DNA of 64,000 nt from an uncultured delta proteobacterium (GTDB taxonomy: Bacteria; Desulfobacterota; Binatia; DP-6), in assembly GCA_963815115.1 (NCBI GenBank), contig CAWFFN010000009.1:864001-928000 (forward strand), written 5' to 3'. Made by a program: the position numbers and the translations under genes. Positions 22,939 to 32,373 of this stretch are shown in pieces (position 1 is the stretch's first letter; each line of letters starts with the position of its first letter). A model generated the notes under the pieces. The model did not search any database and had not been told where the DNA came from. It saw only the letters and a program-made list of their open reading frames with translations.

Positions 22939-25900
22939 TCAGCTGGCTGGCAGGCAGCGCAGCTTGAGCCGGTCGGTGTCCTGGCACTTGCCCAGCTCGC
23001 CACAGCCACGCACGGTCTTGTTGGTCGGCTTCCCCTTCTTGAGCGGCACCTCGATGGAGGCGAAGGCGGTGCAGGTCGGAGAAGCCAGCGGCATCGTGAA
23101 GTGGACGTCGTTGTGCTTCGTCCCCGTGGCCGTGCCGCCGAGCGCGGTCAGCACGTTCACCAGGGCGCTGCCGTTGGCCGCATCGATCGGATCCCTGGCG
23201 GTCGGCACCGGCTTGCGGACCTGGTAGCCGGTCGTGCCGCTGGAGGTGCAGACCAGCAGGCTCGGGTCCGCCTGATCGAGGCACACGCTCACCCGATAGG
23301 TGCAGGTGCCGTCGGCGGTACGATCCGCGTCGCACGCCGGGTCGCCGTCCGTGCAGACCTGGGTGCGATTGGGGAAGCCGTGCTTGTCGAGGAAGGGCGT
23401 GTTGGTCGCGTTGGCGACCTGCCATTCGGCCCGGCAATCCGTCGCCACCTTGCCACCGCCGGGAACCAGCGGCAGCCGGAAGGTCCCGGCGAGCGCGTCG
23501 GGGTGCACCACGGCGAAGGTGGAGAAGCTGGTCACGCCGCTCGTGCTGGCCGTGTGCAGGGCGGTGTCGACGGTCGTCGGAAGCGGCGTGTAGCCGGCGC
23601 CGACGCACGGACCGTTGGCGCCGCAGCTGCCGTTCTCGGTGCACACCGCGCCACCCACCATGCACGTGCCGGTGTGGAAGCGGCCGATCACGAGGGCCGA
23701 TTCCTGGGGCGAGCCGGGGGTGATGCCGGCGATCGCCAGCTCGGTGGCGGTGTAGGAGATGGTCACGTCGGCGCTGAACACGCTGGGGACGCCGCGCTGC
23801 AGGGTGACGAAGAAGGGCAGGAACCCGGGCGTGCCCACCGAGCTGAGCGCCCCGGGCGGCACGTCGGCATCACCCGCCAGCGCCGTCGACCCGAGGATCG
23901 CGCGACCGGCCGTGACGCGCGAGGACACCACGTTGGAGGTGAAGGCGACGGTCACGTCGGGTGTCGGCTCGGGGAACGGGGCGGCACCGCCGGCGTCGAC
24001 CGTGCGCGAGAAGAAGGCGTTCGTCGAGCCGCCCGGCGGGATGTCGATGTTCTGCACCGGGTTGTAGTTGGGCTTGCCCGCGAAGCTGAACGTGCCCGGC
24101 GTGCCATGCGCCACGATGTCGACGAACCAGTCGAGCACGGAGTTCAAGATCCCGGCATTCTGGATCCGGATGGTGCGCTCGAGCGGCGGGAATCCACCGT
24201 TGAGGGCGTACTCCTCGGGATGCGCGAACTCGGGAACGAACGTGAGGGTTCCGGTTCCGTTCCCGATGCTGGCGGCGTGGGTCGCCGGGCCGTTCTGGAT
24301 GACCGCGGCGGTCGCGCCGCCCGCGGCGTTGCCGTGGATCGTCCCGACGCTCGGGACGACCGGCAGGCTGAACGCGCTCTGGTGCAGGTTGGTGACGAAC
24401 GGATCGAAGAGCGGAAGCCCGCCGGCAACCGCGAGCGCCTCGTTGGACGGGTTGGGCACCACCTCGTCCCCGAAGCACTCCACCTGGAGGAGGTTGCGTG
24501 GCGTGCCGTCGACCGGGACGAGGAGGAGCTTCGCCTCGTTGACCCCGTCGGCGGGATCGACGATCGCCTGCGTCAGGTTGTTCGCCAGGGCGAACTGGTC
24601 GGGCACGTTGGCCGGGTCGAGGCCGAGGATGGCGGTCACCAGCGACTGGGCGCCCGCGCCGATCGAGGAGTTCACGAAGAGCTGGCTGGTGAGGCCGCCG
24701 CCCGTGGCGTTGAGCAGGAAGGCCTTCACGTCGGGCTCGATGGGAGCGAACCCCGAGCCCATGAGCCCGCCGAGCGAGTGGCCCATGTAGAAGATCTCGC
24801 CGTCGTTCAACGTGGTGCCGAGGGAGGAGTCGATCGCATGCCCGTGGAGCAGCCGGACGAGGGACATGAGGTCGACGTAGGTCTGCCGGAAGTTGTCACG
24901 GATGCCGAGGAAGTTGTGGAAGGCCTGGAAGAACCCCAGGTTGACGGTCAGGAATCCGACGCTCTGGCCGAGGAAGGTCCCGTCGGCGAAGCCGTCCGGG
25001 ATGGCCGTGCCGCCGAAGTTGTTGGCGGTGTCCTGCGTGCACGGCGCGCCCGGGCCGCAGTCGAAGTAGCGATAGCCGTGGGCCACGGAGTCGATGCCGA
25101 TGGAGGCGAATCCGCGCGCCGCGTCCGCCTCTCCGAAGCCGACGACGGTGTCACGCTGCCCGCCGAGGCCGTGCTGCTGGATGATGACAGGCCATCCGCC
25201 GGGCGGCGGCGTTCCCTTCGGGACGACGACCGTCACGGGAATCTTCGGCGTGTCGATCACGATGGGCGTGCCGCTGCCGTCTCGCGTGAAGCGCTCGTCG
25301 GTCGCTTCGCACGGGACCGCGCAGGTGACGAACGACGGCGGAAGCGGTACGTCGCCCGCCGGACCGTCCCCGTCCGGGTCGTGCGTCTGGAAGCGCGCGC
25401 TGTCGTAGAAGCCGGTGGCGATCGTCTTCACGTGGTCGCGCGCGAAGGAGGCGGGCAGCAGGGTCGCGAGCTTCGCGTCGGTGTCGAAGACCAGCTCGGG
25501 ACGGCTCGTGAAGTCGGCACTCGGGACGGGCAGGCCGGGCAGCACCACGTCACGGATCTTGAGGATGTCCTCGACGGTGGTCTGGGTGGTGAACACCGTC
25601 ATGCCGGCGATGCTGGCGGAGGAGACGCCGTGACCGGCGAGCATGGTCACGACGGGATCGAAGATCGCGTCCGCGTCGCCGTTGGCACTCACCCCGTCAC
25701 GCACGCCGATCCAGTCCGCCGACGGCTCGACCGGCTGGGCGAGCGTGTCCGTCACCGCCGTGGTGACCACGCAGGTGTAGGCGGTCTTCTCGGTGAGAGG
25801 CTTGCCCGGCAGCGGCAGGACGGCGAGCACGTTCGGGATCCGTGTGTCCACGTTCCATTTGAGTGCGAGCTGGACGGGCGTGCCCGTGGCGGCGTCGGCG

Positions 25901-26283
25901 CAGAAGACCGAGTCGCCGAGCGAGGGCGCGACACGGGGCGAGGCCGGCAGGCTCGCCGGATCGATCGGCCCGGAGAAGAAGAAGAACGTGGCCGTGGTGG
26001 TGCCGAATCCGTCGACCAGGTCGAGGGCCTGCTCGACCGCCGCCGTGTTGGCCTCGATGACGGCGGCGCCGAGGCCGATGGAGGCGCCGCTGTTGAGCAG
26101 GGTGCCGTCTCCGTCGCCCGGACGGCCCTGATCGAAGTAGAGGTCGTTGGGCCAGGGCAGCGAGCCGAAGGTGGCGGGCGTGGTGTTCTCGGCCGGGAGG
26201 GTGAAGCTGACGGTGGGCCCGGCCGCCCGGGCGGGTAGCACGGCGGTCAGGGCCAGGACGACGGCGGCGAGTGATTTGAGCAT
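22939..26283 (-). CDS. Large secreted lipase/alpha-beta-hydrolase (virulence-factor-lipase N-terminal type) with Cys-rich C-terminal domains
   Basis: Signal peptide; LPWPNDLY and DGFGT N-terminal motifs; WPVIIQQHGLGG, YMGHSLGG nucleophile, DEVVPN; Cys-rich tail. GGGGGAG RBS before ATG 26283. Confidence 0.78.
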   Translation of the reverse strand: MLKSLAAVVLALTAVLPARAAGPTVSFTLPAENTTPATFGSLPWPNDLYFDQGRPGDGDGTLLNSGASIGLGAAVIEANTAAVEQALDLVDGFGTTTATFFFFSGPIDPASLPASPRVAPSLGDSVFCADAATGTPVQLALKWNVDTRIPNVLAVLPLPGKPLTEKTAYTCVVTTAVTDTLAQPVEPSADWIGVRDGVSANGDADAIFDPVVTMLAGHGVSSASIAGMTVFTTQTTVEDILKIRDVVLPGLPVPSADFTSRPELVFDTDAKLATLLPASFARDHVKTIATGFYDSARFQTHDPDGDGPAGDVPLPPSFVTCAVPCEATDERFTRDGSGTPIVIDTPKIPVTVVVPKGTPPPGGWPVIIQQHGLGGQRDTVVGFGEADAARGFASIGIDSVAHGYRYFDCGPGAPCTQDTANNFGGTAIPDGFADGTFLGQSVGFLTVNLGFFQAFHNFLGIRDNFRQTYVDLMSLVRLLHGHAIDSSLGTTLNDGEIFYMGHSLGGLMGSGFAPIEPDVKAFLLNATGGGLTSQLFVNSSIGAGAQSLVTAILGLDPANVPDQFALANNLTQAIVDPADGVNEAKLLLVPVDGTPRNLLQVECFGDEVVPNPSNEALAVAGGLPLFDPFVTNLHQSAFSLPVVPSVGTIHGNAAGGATAAVIQNGPATHAASIGNGTGTLTFVPEFAHPEEYALNGGFPPLERTIRIQNAGILNSVLDWFVDIVAHGTPGTFSFAGKPNYNPVQNIDIPPGGSTNAFFSRTVDAGGAAPFPEPTPDVTVAFTSNVVSSRVTAGRAILGSTALAGDADVPPGALSSVGTPGFLPFFVTLQRGVPSVFSADVTISYTATELAIAGITPGSPQESALVIGRFHTGTCMVGGAVCTENGSCGANGPCVGAGYTPLPTTVDTALHTASTSGVTSFSTFAVVHPDALAGTFRLPLVPGGGKVATDCRAEWQVANATNTPFLDKHGFPNRTQVCTDGDPACDADRTADGTCTYRVSVCLDQADPSLLVCTSSGTTGYQVRKPVPTARDPIDAANGSALVNVLTALGGTATGTKHNDVHFTMPLASPTCTAFASIEVPLKKGKPTNKTVRGCGELGKCQDTDRLKLRCLPAS

Positions 26284-26361
26284 GAATTCTCCCCCTACGT
26301 TGGTTGCCGTGGGGTCTTCCCACGGTCCGCCCAATGGCGGCAAGGCCTTTTGGGCGACCGC

Positions 26362-27606
26362 TCAGTGACAGGGCGTCGAGTTGATGCAGAGGCCAGAGCC
26401 GAACGTCGAGTTGACGCAGACGCCGACGGGCGGAGGACAGTCCGCGTCTTCGGTGCACAGCTCGCGGCAGGCGAGTCCGCCGTCGTCTATGCACACCTCC
26501 GCCTCTCCGCAGCCGAAGCCGGGGCAGACGCAGCGCCGCGTTCCGCACCCCTCGAACGTGCAGTACTGCTGGCAGACCGCTCCGCCGGTGCACTCGCCGT
26601 CGCCGCCGCACGCCGGTCCGACGCAGTAGCGCGTCGTGCCCGATCCGTTGTCGAGGCACGCATACCCGGAAGGGCAGTCCGCGCCACTGCTGCACTCGAC
26701 GCCCGCGCTGCAGCTTCCCGGGGGTGTCGCGCACTCCGCCGGATAGGCGATGAACGCGGGCACCGCGGCGTGATCCGTACACTCGACGACGTGGCCGGCC
26801 ACGCACGTCACGCAGGTGACGAGGTCGGTGAGGGTGACGATGGGGCCGCCGCATGCGGCACCGCCCGGCATGCTCACCGCGGGGCAGCTCGCGGGCGAGC
26901 CGAGCAACGCAGGCGTGACGTCGTCCCCGCCGCCGCAGGAACGGTCGGCGCCGCCGCACGCCTTGCACATCGCGGCCGAGGCGCGCGCCTCCGCGGCGGC
27001 GATTGCCGGACCCGCCCGCCCGTCACCCGGCAGCGGACAGGCGTTCGTGTGCTTGCCGGCGCCACGCGCGGCCCAGCACGCGGCGAGTTCCCTGGAGGTA
27101 CTCGCGGCCAGCCGGGCGCTCTCCTTCGCCACCGCCGTCGCGCAGCGCAGGATCAGGCCGTCGGCGGCCTCCGGTATGGTGGCGATCTCCGTCAGATTTT
27201 CGATCCCAGTGCGCGCGATGCATGCTAGGCATGGAGCTATGCCTTCGATGCTGACGATGAGGGCGTTACAATCGCCCTCGTCGAGGTTCGGGCAGAAGCC
27301 GGCGCTCCAGCCGATGCCTCCCAGGGGCTCGTCGTCGCCGGTCCCGCAGATGCGATCGAGACCACAGCAGCGCCGGGCGAGTGTGGCCTGGAGCCGGGTG
27401 GCCGCGCGTGCGATCTTCGACGCCGTTCTCCCATCGGCGGCACAGTTGGCAACACGATGCTGCCTGCAGGACGCCACCGCCTTCGTTGTAGCCTGGGTGT
27501 AACGTGCCGCCGCGGTCACGATGGCGGTCTGGCAGCTCTCCGGGTTCGCCCGCGCCGGTACGGCGGCTCCCACCCACAGCACCAGCAGGGAGAGGGCAGG
27601 CCGCAT
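26362..27606 (-). CDS. Secreted cysteine-rich repeat protein
   Basis: Signal peptide; two helical Cys-laced repeats followed by short C-x4-[DE]-C repeats. Confidence 0.75.
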   Translation of the reverse strand: MRPALSLLVLWVGAAVPARANPESCQTAIVTAAARYTQATTKAVASCRQHRVANCAADGRTASKIARAATRLQATLARRCCGLDRICGTGDDEPLGGIGWSAGFCPNLDEGDCNALIVSIEGIAPCLACIARTGIENLTEIATIPEAADGLILRCATAVAKESARLAASTSRELAACWAARGAGKHTNACPLPGDGRAGPAIAAAEARASAAMCKACGGADRSCGGGDDVTPALLGSPASCPAVSMPGGAACGGPIVTLTDLVTCVTCVAGHVVECTDHAAVPAFIAYPAECATPPGSCSAGVECSSGADCPSGYACLDNGSGTTRYCVGPACGGDGECTGGAVCQQYCTFEGCGTRRCVCPGFGCGEAEVCIDDGGLACRELCTEDADCPPPVGVCVNSTFGSGLCINSTPCH

Positions 27607-27685
27607 GTCATGGGCTCTAGCCTGCTACCACGTTCAGGGTCAACGAAATCGCGAGGTCGCGCGTGCCTTGATCATCGAACGACCG

Positions 27686-27710
27686 ATCCGTACGAGCGGA
27701 CCGTACGGAT
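27686..27710. promoter_or_regulatory. Perfect inverted repeat, candidate TetR operator
   Basis: ATCCGTACG-N7-CGTACGGAT between the divergent Cys-rich gene and tetR-1. TTGACA follows at 27723-27728. Confidence 0.6.
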
Positions 27711-27770
27711 ATGCATAAGTGTTTGACACGACTGCGAGCGGGGGAGTAGGGGTCGATCGATCGGACTGGC

Positions 27771-28541
27771 ATGTTGGCATCGACAGTCATGGCGGCAAAG
27801 GCAAGGCAAGGTTCCGGGACGAAGAAGCTCTCTCCGCAGGCGGAGGCTCGGCGGGATGAGATTCTCGAGGCCGCGCTCTCCGTCATCTCGCGGAACGGGT
27901 TTCATCACACCTCGATGGGCGCCATCGCGACGCGCGCGGGGGTGTCCCGCGCGGCCGTCTACCAGTACTTCACCGACAAGGGCGACATCCTGCTCGCCCT
28001 GGCGGATCGCGTCACGGCGCGCATCATCGAGGCGGTCGATGGCTGGGCTTCCCTCCCTCTCGCTCCCGCCGGGGAGGTGTCCGACGAGGGGCCGCGCAGC
28101 ATCGAAGCCGAGCTGCGCCGCATGGTCGACGTGCGCGTGGCCCAGATCCTGGCCGCGATCTCCGCCAACGTCGATGCGGCCCGCCTGATCGTCCGGCTCA
28201 GGCGTACCAACGCGGGGCCTGCCACTGGCGCCCTCCGGCGCATCGACGAGCACGTCGTGGCCGTGCTCGCACGAGACATCGAGACCGGACGGGGCTTCGG
28301 ATGGGCGCGGACGTGCGACGCCCGGATGATCAGCAGGTTCCTGCTCGGCGGATTCGAGAAGATGGTGATCGACGCTCTCGAACGCGAGGAGCCCCTCGAT
28401 CTCGACGTCAAGACCATCTCGGACGAGATCGCTGCGCTCGTGTTCTACGGCCTGGTGCATCCCGACCTGCTCGAGCCGTTCGATCCATCCCCACCCCCGG
28501 ACCCCGGCGACTCCGCCCTGCAGGCAGCCCCCGCGCGGTAG
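27771..28541 (+). CDS. TetR/AcrR family regulator (paralog 1)
   Basis: RRDEILEAA...GFHHTSMGAIATRAGVSRAAVYQYFTDK. Confidence 0.9.
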   Translation: MLASTVMAAKARQGSGTKKLSPQAEARRDEILEAALSVISRNGFHHTSMGAIATRAGVSRAAVYQYFTDKGDILLALADRVTARIIEAVDGWASLPLAPAGEVSDEGPRSIEAELRRMVDVRVAQILAAISANVDAARLIVRLRRTNAGPATGALRRIDEHVVAVLARDIETGRGFGWARTCDARMISRFLLGGFEKMVIDALEREEPLDLDVKTISDEIAALVFYGLVHPDLLEPFDPSPPPDPGDSALQAAPAR

Positions 28542-28559
28542 ATACCGCGTTTGCGGATC

Positions 28560-28596
28560 GCTCGAAGGGCCGGCGAGGCCAGACGGCCGTTCGAGC
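28560..28596. terminator. Hairpin between the convergent tetR genes
   Basis: GCTCGAA.GGCCG...CGGCC.TTCGAGC imperfect stem. Confidence 0.35.
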
Positions 28597-28603
28597 CGGG
28601 GCG

Positions 28604-29314
28604 CTACCCCGCGGAAGGGCCGCGGAGGTCCGGATGCGCGAGGGCCGAGAACACCATGGCCCCGATCTCACGCACCAGCTCCGCAACGTCGAGCGCGAGC
28701 GGCTCCTGCCGGTCGAGCGCACCGACGACGAGCTTCTCGATGCCACCCAGCAGGAAGCGCGCGACGGCCTCCGGGTCGCAGGCGCGTGCCCAGCCGTAGC
28801 TGATCGCCGCCCGGATGTCCTGGCCGAGGATACCGACGATGTGGTCGTCGAGCCGTCGCATCGCCGCGTCGAGTCGCCGGTCGTCGCCGCGGCTGAGCTG
28901 CACCAGGAGCCGCACCGAGTCGGCGTTGGCCGCGATCACGCCGAGAATCTTGGCGATTCGAGTGTCGATCATGCGGCGCAGCTCGGCTTCCATGCTCCGG
29001 AGCTCGTCGGCGCCGGAACCGCCGCTCCGGGCGCGTGGCAGCGGGTCCCATGCGTCGGCTGCCTCCGTGATGCGGCGCGTGCTGCGGTCGGCCAGGGCGA
29101 CCAGGATGTCCTGCTTGTCGGCGAAATGATGGTAGATGGTCGCCCGCGAGACGTGTGCGCTGGAGGCGATCGCCCCGATCGAGGCGCGGTGGAAGTCGCC
29201 CGCGCGCGCGATGACCGCGAGGGCGGCATCGAGCACGGCCTCGCGGCGCACGTCGGCCTCCGAAGAAGACGGCTTCGCGGCGTCCTCGGGCTCGGTCCTT
29301 GTCGAGACCGGCAT
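28604..29314 (-). CDS. TetR/AcrR family regulator (paralog 2)
   Basis: RREAVLDAA...FHRASIGAIASSAHVSRATIYHHFADK; clearly collinear with paralog 1. TTGACA at 29355-29350 upstream. Confidence 0.88.
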   Translation of the reverse strand: MPVSTRTEPEDAAKPSSSEADVRREAVLDAALAVIARAGDFHRASIGAIASSAHVSRATIYHHFADKQDILVALADRSTRRITEAADAWDPLPRARSGGSGADELRSMEAELRRMIDTRIAKILGVIAANADSVRLLVQLSRGDDRRLDAAMRRLDDHIVGILGQDIRAAISYGWARACDPEAVARFLLGGIEKLVVGALDRQEPLALDVAELVREIGAMVFSALAHPDLRGPSAG

Positions 29315-29385
29315 GGCAGCCGCGTTCACGTATTCCGCGCCGAACGCGGTGTCAAGGACTTCGGCCCCCGGGGTCGATCGCTGCG

Positions 29386-30000
29386 TCAGCGGGCGGGAAT
29401 GATGCCCTGACCCTCGAGGTAGGTGACGATCTGGCGCGCGCTCTCCTCGACGCTCTGCCCGCTGGTGTCGAGGGCGAGCTCGGGGTGGAGCGGGGCCTCG
29501 TACGGGGCGGAGACGCCGGTGAACTCCTTGATCTCGCCCGCGCGTGCCTTCTTGTAGAGACCCTTCACGTCGCGCTGCTCGCAGACCTCGACCGGGCAGT
29601 CCACGAAGACCTCGACGAAGTCGCCCTGCTGCATGATCTTCCGCACCTGGTCGCGGTCGTCGCGGTAGGGTGAGATGAACGCCGTCAGGGCCACCATGCC
29701 GGCGTCGGTGAAAAGCTTCGCCACCTCGCCGATCCGACGGATGTTCTCGGTGCGGTCCTCGGGCGAGAAGCCGAGGTTCTTGTTGAGGCCGTGACGGACG
29801 TTGTCGCCGTCGAGGATGTAGGTGCGGACCCCGCGTTCGAGCAGCCGCTTCTCGAGGTCGACCGCGATCGTCGACTTGCCGGACCCCGACAGGCCGGTGA
29901 GCCAGACCGTACAGCCCCGGTGGCCGTTCAGGCGCTGGCGGTCCTCGCGCGTGACCGCGCCCTGATGCCACACGATGTTGGTCGCTCGCTGCTCTGCCAT
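29386..30000 (-). CDS. cysC: Adenylyl-sulfate (APS) kinase, in frame with the upstream YfhO-like ORF
   Basis: [55 protein letters not shown] and FTGVSAPYE. Confidence 0.95.
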   Translation of the reverse strand: MAEQRATNIVWHQGAVTREDRQRLNGHRGCTVWLTGLSGSGKSTIAVDLEKRLLERGVRTYILDGDNVRHGLNKNLGFSPEDRTENIRRIGEVAKLFTDAGMVALTAFISPYRDDRDQVRKIMQQGDFVEVFVDCPVEVCEQRDVKGLYKKARAGEIKEFTGVSAPYEAPLHPELALDTSGQSVEESARQIVTYLEGQGIIPAR

Positions 30001-32346
30001 GAGGCGGCGAGGTTTAGCGGGGTGGGGGTCGGGGGGCAAGCGCCGCGGGTGATGGTGCAGGCGCGTCATCAGCAGAGCCACCGAGACGATCCCGAGCAGC
30101 GTCCCGAGCGCTCCGAGGAGAAAGCTCCGCGGACGGTAGGCGAACTCCACGCGATGGCGGCCCGCCGGAACGGGGACACCCCTGAAGAGGTAGTCGGTGC
30201 GTACGAGCGTCGCCGGTGTGCCGTCGACGGTCGCGCGCCAGCCGGGGTAGAACCGATCGGTGAGCACGAGCAGGGCCGGCTCTGCCGCCGCCACGTCCAC
30301 CTCGACCCGGTTGGGCTGGTAGTCGACGATGGTCGCGTCCCCGGCCAGGGCGTCGCCCGGGAGCGCCGCGATGGGTGCCGCCAGGGGCTCCTCGACGACG
30401 CCGACGCGGGCGGGGTCGACGCTGGCGAGCTGGCGCACCACCTCGCCGGCCGCCGCCACCTGGACGCGCCGGACGATGACGGCACGCGGCAGGGCGTCTG
30501 GGTTCTCGTACACGACCACATCGCCCTGGCGTAGCATCTCGTGCCAGCGCTCGAGCACGGCGGGATGGACTCGTGTCATCTCGCTGCCCGCGTCCAGGAT
30601 GAAGAAGCGCACGCCCATCAGGTCAACGAGGCCTGCGTTCACGGGAGACAGCTTGAGATCGGCCCAGCAGAAGCGTCCGTAGACCCAGTGCAGCGGCTTC
30701 GCGAACGGAAAGGAGAGATAGGAATCGAAACGGTCGTCACACAGCGGCTCATAGTCGGTCGCGAGCCACAGGCCGTGACTCATTCCCGCCTTGGCCAGGT
30801 CGGAGTGATTGTAAAGCCGGTCACCGCCCGACCCGGGCCAGATGTAGGTGCGGGCCAGCCCTTGCCCTTCCGCGATGGCGCGGAGAATAGGATCGAAGCG
30901 CGCGAAGTGCTGGGCGAGGCGCGACGGCCGGATCCCGGGCTGACGGTAGCCGCAGATCAGATCGATCAGGGCGAGGACGCCGATCGCAGCACAGAGGAGG
31001 GAGCGTGCCGCCGCGCGCTCGGCGACGAGACTCGTCGCGGCGAGAAGGAGAGCGCCGGCCAGTCCGTGAAGCCATAGGGTGTGGCGCGCGGCCGGATCGC
31101 CCACTGCGGCTCCCACCGCGAGTACGCCCCCGAGTGCGACGGCAGCCGCGACCCGTGCCTCGCGTCCGGTGGGCCGGTCCCGCGCCGGCGCCCCGAGCAG
31201 GGCGTCTGTGCCGGCGCCGGACAGGAGCGCGGTGGCGAGGCCGAAGACCACCAGCGAGCGATCCGGTTCCCGGAACGCGCTGCCGCCGAGCCAATGGTAA
31301 ACGAGGTCGAAGACGCCCGCACCGCTCCCGAACGCATGCACCACCGCCACGACCCCGGCCGCGCCAGCCCAGAGCGCAAGCACGCGCGGCCGCCAGCACA
31401 CGAGCCCCGTGAGCGCCAGCCACAGCGGCAGGATGCCCACGTAGACCTGACGGAGCAGCTCGGGTGCCGTCCGCGGCGTCGGCGTCACCAGCTCGCGGAG
31501 GAATGCCGCCGGCCTCACCGGCATGATGCTTGACATCGGCACGCTGAGGCTGCCGAGCGGGCGCCAGCTCCGGGCGACGAACTCGCTCGCGGGGATCAGC
31601 TGGACGGCACCCACGAGCAGCGCCACCGTCCCCGCGACGGCGAGTCGGGCCACCGCGGCGAGCGCGACGGCGCTGCCCTCGCGGCGCGCATGCTGGGCCG
31701 TGCGAATGACGGTGAGCGGGAGCACCAAGAACAGCAGCGCATAGTATTCGAACTGCCGGAAGCCGCCGAGGAGCATGAGCCCGGTCGCCACCCCGAGAAG
31801 CCCGCAGCGGCGCCACGAGGCGCGGGCGAGCACGCGGTCGACCAGCAGGACCACCATCGGTAGCCATGCGGCCGACACGAGATGGTTCGGGAAGAAGAGC
31901 TTGATGCGCATGCTCCCCTGGTAGGCGTACACGATGCCCGCCACGACCGACGCGCCCCAGCTCGTTCCGAAGTGCCGGCAGAGCAGGGCCATCCCGACGA
32001 GGGCGAGGCCCAGGTGGAGCGCGGCATCGACGTCGAGCGCGCGATCGGCCGGCAGGACGCCGAACGTCGGCCAGTAGGGCGGATAGAGCAGGCCGACGCT
32101 GGCGTTGGTGAGGAGCGGCATGCCGCAGGCCTGGTGCGGGTTCCATAGTGGCAGCCGGCCGGCCCACAGCTCGGCGAACCCGTAGCGCAGCATCGGCAGG
32201 TAGTACGCCTGCAGGTCCGCGGCGGTGGGGTCGGCGAGGTCGGTGCCCCCTGGAACCAGGACACCCCAGACGAACGCGGCGGCCAGTGCGACGCCGAACA
32301 GGACGACGACGCAGGCCACCGGCGTCTCACGCCGGCGTGCGATCAT
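30001..32346 (-). CDS. YfhO-family/GT-C-fold polytopic membrane protein; no stop codon before cysC
   Basis: [26 protein letters not shown]; many TMs; [48 protein letters not shown] and a final TM. Confidence 0.85.
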
Positions 32347-32373
32347 CGGCGTGCCCGGGGGCAGCGGCTGCGT

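Noticed and set aside
26362-27606. Multiheme cytochrome c
   Set aside because: The CxxC motifs (CLAC, CVTC, CKAC) are not followed by His.
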